Below are positions 1 through 6,759 of a DNA stretch of 6,838 bases, one piece after another (the first letter of the stretch is position 1; each line of letters starts with the position of its first letter). A program made the position numbers and the translations under genes. Origin of the DNA: Octopus sinensis (Eukaryota); assembly GCF_006345805.1 (NCBI RefSeq), contig NW_021829163.1:1-6838 (forward strand), given 5' to 3'. Under the pieces are notes generated by a model. The model saw only the letters and a list, made by a program, of their open reading frames with translations. It did no database searches and was not told where the DNA came from.

Positions 1-195
1 TTACTGAGCAATTAAAATATCATAGACGCGCCCGGATTATATGGAAGTATTGGACTGTATGAGTGTGTATAAAAAATCTCGCGAACCTACCGAAACAGAT
101 CCAAATCTATGACTGACTGTGCCTGAACTTCTTGAATGTGTCGAAGAGGACAAGTCAAAGAGAATGACAGTGAGGCCTTAGGTTAGATGTGGCGT

Positions 196-198
196 TAT

Positions 199-235
<37 letters not shown>
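196..235. repeat. (TA)n microsatellite
   Basis: Near-perfect TA run, seen directly. Confidence 0.95.
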
Positions 236-328
236 CACTGAGGGTAGAAATTGATATCAATCAATTAACATCAATTTAAACCAGTCGTCTAGCATATTAA
301 AAAAATCCGAAGATTTTAAAATTATGTA

Positions 329-366
329 CATATATATATATATATATATATAATATATAATATATA

Positions 367-399
<33 letters not shown>

Positions 400-442
400 T
401 ATACATACTAACATACATACATACTACATACACCACACCCAA

Positions 443-475
<33 letters not shown>

Positions 476-590
476 ATAAATAATATATATATATATCTAT
501 CTCTTATCTATACATACATTCATACACACACGCATATACAGATACATATTTATATATAGACATACATACACGTACATACACATATATAAT
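329..590. repeat. Compound microsatellite (TA)n-(ATAC)n-(CA)n-(TA/ATAC)n
   Basis: TA run ~329-398, ATAC units ~399-430, CA run ~443-472, then a degenerate AT/ATAC mix. Confidence 0.9.
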
Positions 591-889
591 GGTGAACAGT
601 TAGCTACACAAACTACTGCAGATTTATGAACTGCAGAATTTTTTCGATCTACACGTATTCCACTTTGTATTTCGCCCCCTTATCTCCATCCACGAGTAGA
701 CGGTTTAAGAATATAACTCCCTCTGTACTAACTTCCTATTACCATCCGCCATAAAGACAATAACCAGATGACTTGGACGATCAACTAGATATTTGTTTGT
801 TTATAATTAACTTTCTGTTTTCTTACTGCAAGTTTTTTAGCGTTAACTTCCATTAACTGCGCTATTAACGTCTATATCTAAGATCAATC

Positions 890-927
890 AAACCACGTTG
901 CAGTATATAAACCACGTTGCCACATAT
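890..927. repeat. 19-bp tandem duplication
   Basis: AAACCACGTTGCAGTATAT (890-908) is followed by AAACCACGTTGCCACATAT (909-927). The first 12 nt are identical; 16/19 overall. Confidence 0.75.
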
Positions 928-1225
928 GGTAATATATTCCTATCTTATCGATATATTACATCCACCCTCCCCTCTCTCTCCCTCTCTCCCTCTTACACAC
1001 ACACATACACACGCTCGCGCGAACTTGTATCAGACTTCCCTATCTTTTTTCTGCTCCTTTAATTTCTTCTGTCCTTATCTCTCTGCAATTCCCACCTCTG
1101 CTTTAACACTAAGTACTTCTTTATTTCATTCAATCGCTTTTCTCCTTTATTCAGAACCTCCTTTCTTTTCTTCGCTATGTTTGTCTTTCATCTTGGCTTG
1201 TCTCACTCTCCTCCTCCATCACACA

Positions 1226-1296
1226 TTTTCTCTCTCTCTCTCTTGTTTTTTTTTTCTTCTTTAACCTCGTTTCTCTCTCTCTCTCTCTCTCCTCCC
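1226..1296. repeat. (CT)n/(T)n pyrimidine microsatellite
   Basis: CT runs flanking a T run. Confidence 0.85.
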
Positions 1297-2188
1297 TCAG
1301 ATTTAAGTGTCAACATAATCAACGTGTTCAAACATCTCTGATCTGATAGCTATCACATGTTGGTGTGGATTTACATTGGCAAACATCGTTTGCTCTCGGT
1401 AATCCCCGGGATTGGCACTAGCTTAGTTGAAAAAAATCTCATTATCATGACTTGAATTGCTCCGTGAACGCTGCCAATGAACGACTTTTTAATTTCACGT
1501 AACACAAGCAGACGGAATGAGAAGAAGGTGGTGGAAGAAGATTCCGACCAAATCGAACGGTACTTTCTCACTGATTCTTCATCTACTTCTGCATCCACGA
1601 AGATGTCATTCAAAATCTGACGGAGAAAATCTTCCTTGACCTGATGCCGGCAGACTGTTGTACATTTTGTATTTGTAGTGAGCTTAACCGGCTAATCTTG
1701 TGTTAACAGCGTTCAGCAAACATGGCGGTTAAGCAACATAATACTGGTCGACTGACTGATGTTGTAATGTTTGGGGGATAATGGAAAAGAGGATGAAATG
1801 AAGACGTGGTATGACTTGAGAAAGGCAAGTTGGTTGCGGTGCATGAGAGAGCAGTGAAGGATGCCAACAAAATAAGCAGAAATGGAAGAATAAGAACGAC
1901 TGAATAAATGACGATGAAGACGAAGATTATGATGAAGAATGGCTAAACGAATGAAAGTTAAGATATTGATGATTATGAAGGAAAATGCATGAATGAAATA
2001 ATTCTCATTTACAGAGAATAAATAGAATAACAACAAAAACAAGTGATTAATTTACTGAATGAATTAGTGAAGATTAAGTAAAAAAAAGTATTAATTGAAC
2101 CAAATTCTTAAGGGAAAATAAGACAGAAAATAGTGCAGTACTGTGGGAGTGTGTTATGGTATTTGGTTACATTAAATCTTGCTAAGTA

Positions 2189-2365
2189 GGATGGCACAAA
2201 TTGAAGAAACGATGATGTAATGTACTTTAAAACGTACTTAGTTGCATCTCCTAACTTCAAACACCGCCAAAGTCAAGTTCAGTTTAGAATCTTGGAATCG
2301 ATAAAATAAGTACCAGCTAAGTAGTTGGTAACGGAGTCGATTAAATCAGCTCTACTCTCCCAAAA
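2189..2365 (+). mobile_element. Old, diverged copy of the tRNA-derived SINE family
   Basis: TTCAAACACCGCCAAAGTCAA...TCGATAAAATAAGTACCAG...GTCGATTAAATC...CTCCCAAAA aligns with the better copies at 2737-2884 and 3133-3270. The 5' boundary (GGATGGCACAAATTG, at head-like spacing from the B-box remnant) is tentative. Confidence 0.65.
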
Positions 2366-2389
2366 CATATATGAACATGAGTTAATATT

Positions 2390-2607
2390 CGTTTCAAATT
2401 TTGGCATAAGGTCAGCAATTTCGGAGGATGGAGTAAATCATTTACACCGACCCCAGTCTTCAAATGGTACTTATTTTATTGACCCCCGAAAGGATGAAAG
2501 GCGAATTCGGCGCCGGCGGCGGCATTTGAACTCAGAACGTAAAAATGGAAGAAATGCCGCTAAGAAATTTTTCCGGCACGTTGGCTATTCTGCCTGCTCA
2601 CCATCTT
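2390..2607 (-). mobile_element. Full-length tRNA-derived SINE, tail type A, with degenerate 16-bp TSD
   Basis: Minus strand reads GATGGTGAGCAGGCAGAAT (A-box-like), GAGTTCAAATGCC (B box), CCTTTCATCCTTTCGGGGGTCAATAAAATAAGTACCA, and tail CCTTATGCCAAAATTTGAAACG. Flanks are AACATGAGTTAATATT (2374-2389) and AATGTGATTTAATATT (2608-2623), 13/16 identical. The CA/TG difference is what CpG decay of an ancestral CG would give. Confidence 0.9.
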
Positions 2608-2633
2608 AATGTGATTTAATATTAGAAAGCATT

Positions 2634-2726
2634 TGAGTTCAAATTCCGCCGAAGTCGCTGGAATCGATGTAATCGGCTCACTCCTCTAAACTTGCTGGCC
2701 TTGTGCCAAGATTTGAAACCAATATT
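2634..2726 (+). mobile_element. 5'-truncated SINE unit with ~50-nt internal deletion, tail type A
   Basis: TGAGTTCAAATTCCGCCGAAGTCG joins directly to CTGGAATCGATGTAATC...GGCCTTGTGCCAAGATTTGAAACCAATATT. It lacks the central segment present in the next unit. Confidence 0.85.
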
Positions 2727-2736
2727 AGAAACCGAT

Positions 2737-2884
2737 TGAGTTCAAATTCCGCCGAGGTTGACTTTGCCTTTCATCCTTTTGGGGTCGATAAAATAAATAC
2801 CAGTTGACCACTGTGGTTGCTGAAAACGACTTGGCCCCCTCCCGCAAATCTGCTAACATTGTACCAAAATTTGAAACCAATATT
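2737..2884 (+). mobile_element. 5'-truncated SINE unit, tail type A
   Basis: TGAGTTCAAATTCCGCCGAGGTTGACTTTGCCTTTCATCCTTTTTGGGGTCGATAAAATAAATACCAG...CCAAAATTTGAAACCAATATT. Confidence 0.9.
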
Positions 2885-2896
2885 ATGTAACAACAA

Positions 2897-3491
2897 GGCA
2901 GCAAGCTGGCAGAATCCTTTTTACTGAAGGCACAAAACCTTGAAATTCTGGGTTAGGGGACTAATCGATTACATCGACCCCAGTATTTCACTGGTACTTA
3001 ATTTATCGATCCCGAAAGGATAAAAAGCAAAGTCGACCTCGGCTGAATTTGAACTTAGAACGTGGCGACGGGCAAATATCATTAAGCATTTCGTCCAGCG
3101 TGCTGACGATTCTGTCAGTTCGCCGCCAGAATTGTTATCATGCTCGGCAAAATGCTTTGCGGTATTTCGTCTGCCGTTGCGTTCTGAGTTTAAATTCCGT
3201 CCAGGTCGACTTTGCCTTTCATCCTTTCGGGGTCGATTAAATAAGTACCAGTTACGCACTGGGGTCGATGTAATCGGCTTAATCCGTTTGTCTGTCCTTG
3301 TTTGTCCTCTCTGTGGGTACTAAAGAAATAGGTATTTCGTCCATCTGAACGTTCTGAGTTCAAATCCCGCCGAAGTTGACTTTACCTTTTACTCTTTCAG
3401 AGTAGATAAATTGAGTACTAATTGAGCGCTGAGATCGACATAATCAACCAGTACAAAAATTGAGGCCTTGCGCCTACAGCAGAAATGGATT
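2897..3491 (+). mobile_element. Dimeric tRNA-derived SINE interrupted in its head by an antisense copy
   Basis: Head GGCAGCAAGCTGGCAGAAT (2897-2915) continues at 3133 (TGTTATCATGCTCGGCAAAATGC...) and then aligns end to end with the head of the inserted copy. The left monomer ends ...TAAAGAAATA (3330). The right monomer starts GGTATTTCGTCC (3331), has B box GTTCAAATCC (3358-3367) and ends AGCAGAAATGGATT. Confidence 0.85.
2916..3126 (-). mobile_element. Full-length tRNA-derived SINE, tail type B, nested in the dimeric copy
   Basis: Minus strand reads GGCGGCGAACTGACAGAATCG...GTTCAAATTC...GGTCGACTTTGCTTTTTATCCTTTCGGGATCGATAAATTAAGTACCAG...GTGCCTTCAGTAAAAAGG. It is flanked by CAGAAT at 2910-2915 and 3127-3132. 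Confidence 0.9.
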
Positions 3492-3831
3492 TTTCAGAAC
3501 TGTTAGTTACATTACTGATGCTATTTAGAGATCCCACACAATGGTGAGAACTTACTTTAAATGAACTGAGCAGTTAATAATAAAGTGTATTGAATGCGTA
3601 TACAGAGCAGGTTTAAAGTGAGCGGTTAGAAAATGTACCAGACAAGCAGTCTATTTATCGTTCAACCAAACATTGATTCTCATTTTACAAAGTGTATTCA
3701 AAAGATAAGCCGTATGAAACAGGAATGTTTGTTTTTCCAGTTTATTTTACGTGTTATAATAAATGGAAAGACAACGATCGTCTATATAGTACGCTTCGAC
3801 CTGTTGTTTTACATCACCCCGACGTCGTATA

Positions 3832-4137
3832 CTCCTCTCTCTCCCCCCTCCACTTCCTCCACATTATTTCCTCTCCTCACCTTCTCCCTCCCTTCATTAT
3901 TCTCTCCTCCTCCTCGTCTTTCTCCGCCTCCTCCTTCACCTTCTCCTTTCCCTCCCGCTCTCCTCTCCTCTCCTCTCCTCTCCTCTCCTCTCCACCTACG
4001 CACTCTCCTCCTCCTTCTCCTCCACCTCGTCATCCTCTTCTGCCTTCCTCTCCTTCTTCCCTCCTTCCCCTTCTCCTTCCCTTCCCTCCTTTCCTTCTTC
4101 GTCTCTTTCGTTATCCCCTTCCCCGTCTTCCCCCTCT
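3832..4137. repeat. ~300-bp polypyrimidine low-complexity tract ((CCT)n, (CTCTC)n, (CTT)n)
   Basis: Almost entirely C/T on the plus strand. Confidence 0.9.
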
Positions 4138-4328
4138 TACTACTACTACTACTACTACCACCACCACCACCACCACCACCACCACCTACTACTACTACTA
4201 CTACCACTACCCACCACCACCACCACCACCACCACCATCACCACTGCCACCACCACCACCACCACCACCACTACTACCGCTGCTGCCGCCGCTGCCACCG
4301 CCACTGCCGCTGCTGCTGCTTTACTACC
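4138..4328. repeat. Compound trinucleotide microsatellite (CTA)n-(CCA)n-(CTA)n-(CCA)n-(CTG/CCG)n
   Basis: Seen directly. It is the source of the poly-Pro/Thr/His/Val/Gly ORFs in the track. Confidence 0.95.
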
Positions 4329-4633
4329 GGTTCCAACCCTAGTACTACATATATTCACATATACATACACAACACTTATTCACTGATATGGAAGGATTCA
4401 ATTATGTACACATAAAACATCATACATTTAGGAGCTAAGATGAAACGGACGACGAAACTTCTACGTGGCCGTTCGAAATAGCTAGCGAAACCTCCCTTAA
4501 ATCATACAACATCATAATAGAAGGGAGAGCACGTTGAAAGAATGTTGTCCTTCGTTTACAAAAATAACCAAATAGAACAATTTCTGCCAGAGATCTTCAT
4601 CAGGGCTTACTTGGTGTCAGATAGCAGCTGCGC

Positions 4634-4722
4634 GTATACGCACACACACACGTACACACATACACAAGCACACACATATACAGACACACATACGCACACA
4701 TACACACTTTCACATACATACT
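4634..4722. repeat. Degenerate (CA)n microsatellite
   Basis: CA run interrupted by TA/CG units. Confidence 0.85.
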
Positions 4723-4776
4723 CTCTTTACCGCTCACTTACTATTCCTTCCTCGTTCCCTACATGTCTTATTTCCC

Positions 4777-4813
4777 GCTTTCTGATGAAAGACTATTGTC
4801 CGAAATTTTCAGA
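4777..4813 (+). ncRNA. Decayed minimal type I hammerhead ribozyme motif (possible Penelope-like element relic)
   Basis: CTGATGA (4782-4788), then AA, then a GAC-TATT-GTC hairpin, C, and GAAA (4802-4805). The core boxes are canonical and correctly spaced around stem II, but stems I and III are weak. Confidence 0.45.
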
Positions 4814-4926
4814 TACTTTCACTTTCTCTTTCCCTCAAAGCGTTAAGCTATTACCATATTTGTTAAAAATCTCGCCACCTACGTTGTTTTTTTTTATTGT
4901 CCATAGCATTTATACTACATATCCAT

Positions 4927-4962
4927 GCACACGCTCACACACACACACACACACACACACAT

Positions 4963-5003
<41 letters not shown>

Positions 5004-5019
5004 ACACACACACACACAT
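4927..5019. repeat. (CA)n microsatellite
   Basis: Long, nearly pure CA run. Confidence 0.95.
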
Positions 5020-5026
5020 AAACTAT

Positions 5027-5460
5027 GTGGCTCAGTGGTTAGAGCGTCGAGCTCACAATCATGAGGTAGTTCGATTTCCGGACCAGGCTGTGTGCTGTTT
5101 CCTTGATCAAGGCCGTTGCTCCCGTTCACTAAGCTGTAGAAATTAGTTGCGACGTCACAGGTTCAAGCTATATCGGCATTTGCCTTTCCCTTAGGTAACA
5201 TCGGTAGCTTGGAGGAGAAGGTTAGAGGAGGAGGGCGTTAGAGGAGGAGGAGGAAGGGGAGGAGGAGGTTAGAGGAGAAGGAGGTTAGAGAAGGAGGAGG
5301 TTAGAGGAGGAGGAGGAGGAGGAGGAGGAGGGGAGGAGGAGGAGGCATGGGTGGCTGGTGAGTTTCCATAAACAACCTTGCGCGGAACTGCGCCTCGGAG
5401 GGTAACATTCTAGGCGCAATCCTCCGGTCATTCATGACTGATGGAGGTCTTTACCCATTA

Positions 5461-5462
<2 letters not shown>
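5027..5462 (+). mobile_element. tRNA-derived SINE of a second family with a CORE-like central segment, split by a purine minisatellite
   Basis: A box TGGCTCAGTGG (5028-5038) and B box GTTCGATTTCC (5069-5079). CCTTGATCAAG (5101-5111) and CTGTAGAAAT (5134-5143) resemble the MIR/CORE motifs CCTTGGGCAAG and CTGTAAAAT. Unique sequence resumes at 5346 and ends in TTTACCCATTACCC. That 5346-5462 belongs to the same element rests on a recalled octopus consensus. Confidence 0.75.
5211..5345. repeat. (GGA)n-based minisatellite, ~16-bp unit GGTTAGAGGAGGAGGA
   Basis: GTTAGAG starts at 5221, 5237, 5268, 5284 and 5300 (spacing 16, 31, 16, 16) within GGA runs. Confidence 0.9.

Positions 5463-5550
<88 letters not shown>
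5461..5550. repeat. Compound C10-(CT)n-(TA)n microsatellite
   Basis: Seen directly at the 3' end of the SINE. Confidence 0.95.
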
Positions 5551-5551
<1 letters not shown>

Positions 5552-6093
5552 TGAAGACAAAACTGATTCCAATAAAACTGGATTCTAAAGAAAATACTGA
5601 TTAATCACTAAACCTCCAGAAGGCTATGTGTGACTCATATTACATATTACATCTCACATAAATAAGACAGTTGCATCAACTACACAAAATACACATTCTA
5701 ACCATTCATGAAACTGGCGATTTCTTATTGACTGCAGTCGTTAGAATCTCCCTCACTCTATTCTAAATTTCTTACTACAGTATCTACATCTGTGAAAAAT
5801 AGAAAATATCTGTGATTTTGGCCTGTGCTGACTTGAATATCCTGCCTCCCATTCTGTTACCATACTGAATCTCATTGGACTGAAATGCAGATAGAGTACT
5901 TTACTATAAAACATTCCTGCCAGAGCTCAGCGTTGTGGAGGTTTCTCACTACCCACACATTCCTTTCAAACGACATCGTCAAAAGATTTGATTAAACAAT
6001 CAATCGTTTCAATCTCATCAATTTTGGAGGTCTTACATGGTAATTCATACGACATTTGTCTCTTCCAGTTGAATAATATGAAACAATAATATT

Positions 6094-6286
6094 CTTTTCT
6101 ACTCTAGACACAAGGCCCAAATTTTTTGGCGAGGGGGCCAGTCGATTAGACCGACCACAGTACGCAACTGGTACTTAATTAATCAACCCCAAAAGGATGG
6201 AGGGTAAAGTCGACTGCGGTGGAGTTTGAAATACTGCTAAACATTTCGCTCGGTGCGCTAACGTTCCCGCCAGCTCGCCGCCTCAG
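6094..6286 (-). mobile_element. tRNA-derived SINE, tail type B, with perfect 14-bp TSD and 23-nt internal deletion
   Basis: GAAACAATAATATT occurs at 6080-6093 and 6287-6300. Minus-strand head is GGCGGCGAGCTGGCGGGAACG. Relative to the copy at 2390-2607, 23 nt between two GAA triplets are missing at 6230/6231, clipping the B box. Confidence 0.92.
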
Positions 6287-6372
6287 GAAACAATAATATT
6301 GCGTGTAAAGTAAACAAACGAAGGTATACACAGAAGCAGAAATGTACACATACTTATACTTAAATACATAGA

Positions 6373-6574
6373 TGTGTGAGTGTGTATGTGCGTGTGTGTG
6401 TGTGTTTGTTTGTGTGTGTGTAAGTATATATACCACGAGAGTGGCACACACATTGAACACCGTACCCAATAGTCACACACGCGTACACATAAACATACAT
6501 GCTCACAAATATATACACATGAATATGTATGTATAACACACACACACACACACACACACATGTATGTATGTATC
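6373..6574. repeat. (TG)n followed by degenerate and pure (CA)n and (TGTA)n
   Basis: TG run 6373-6421 and CA run 6537-6560. Confidence 0.85.
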
Positions 6575-6578
6575 TAAA

Positions 6579-6739
6579 CGAGGAGGTGCTGAAAAGTTCC
6601 TGGCTTTCGGTAAAAGAAAGTACGAGAAGATCAGATTCACACATTTATTGCAGCGCGTATGCCTTGTGAAAGGAATTCAGAAGGTTGGGCTTCCAACCAC
6701 GCCTTTTGCGATACCATTAAAATTTTTAACACCCTCTCA
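6579..6739 (-). mobile_element. Tc1/mariner-derived MITE (internally deleted mariner)
   Basis: Left end CGAGGAGGTGCTGAAAA versus reverse complement of the right end TGAGAGGGTGTTAAAAA: 12/17 identical, and all five mismatches are transitions. The ends resemble Hsmar2/irritans-type CGAGGGG...AAAA termini. Minus strand 6705-6632 encodes KAWLEAQPSEFLSQGI then, after a frameshift, RCNKCVNL, matching the mariner transposase C-terminal pattern W-x5-F-x3-GI...R-x2-KCV. The TA TSDs are degenerate (AA and TG). Confidence 0.75.
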
Positions 6740-6759
6740 TGTATAAATATATGCATAAG

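Noticed and set aside
917-1264. ORF 917-1264, and the HT/CV-rich ORFs at 4542-5146 and 6179-6644
   Set aside because: Translations of CT-rich and (CA)n/(TG)n sequence.
1291-1345. Plus-strand splice acceptor CTCCTCCCTCAG at 1300
   Set aside because: The pyrimidine tract is a (CT)n microsatellite, and all three frames stop within 16 codons with no convincing donor.
1387-1440. Plus-strand RLLSVIPGIGTSLVEKNL (helix-hairpin-helix-like) and minus-strand VPIPG (aldo-keto reductase-like)
   Set aside because: Both come from the near-palindrome AATCCCCGGGATT. The plus frame hits two stops within 10 codons and no other family motifs are present.
1682-1734. 9-bp inverted repeat GCTTAACCG/CGGTTAAGC giving TTAA-CC...GG-TTAA, like a tiny piggyBac element
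   Set aside because: Only 41 bp lie between the TTAAs, the symmetry extends outside the putative TSD, and a 9-bp inverted repeat at this spacing is expected by chance in 6.8 kb.
1713-2042. Minus-strand ORF over a GA-rich stretch
   Set aside because: The purine skew with degenerate GAT/GAA units suppresses stops on the minus strand. No recognisable product or splice support.
2325-3323. ORFs 2325-2609, 2969-3259, 3049-3240 and 3132-3323
   Set aside because: They lie within SINE copies. Shared peptides such as VDFAFHPFGVD are translations of the SINE central segment, as is the end of ORF 6179-6469.
2189-3491. CRISPR-like or other prokaryotic repeat array
   Set aside because: The repeated units are 90-220 bp, diverged, in mixed orientation, and carry Pol III boxes and TSDs. 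There are no regular spacers or cas genes, and the context is eukaryotic.
3633-4415. Long ORFs 3633-4415, 3692-4342, 3809-4207 and 4155-4370 (poly-Pro/Thr/His/Gly/Val)
   Set aside because: They are open in several frames on both strands because the pyrimidine tract and trinucleotide repeats lack stop codons. There is no domain-like sequence.
4575-4606. Minus-strand CTGATGA-AGATCTCTGGCA-GAAA, a third hammerhead-like core
   Set aside because: The 12 nt between the boxes form no stem II, and no stem I, stem III or NUH site can be built.
4467-4625. Segment resembling, from memory, a degenerate octopus interspersed repeat
   Set aside because: No second copy, TSD, TIR or promoter box in the window supports it. 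It needs a repeat-library search.
5027-5090. Possible tRNA gene
   Set aside because: A and B boxes are present, but no complete cloverleaf or acceptor stem forms and the sequence runs into a CORE-like body. It is a SINE head.
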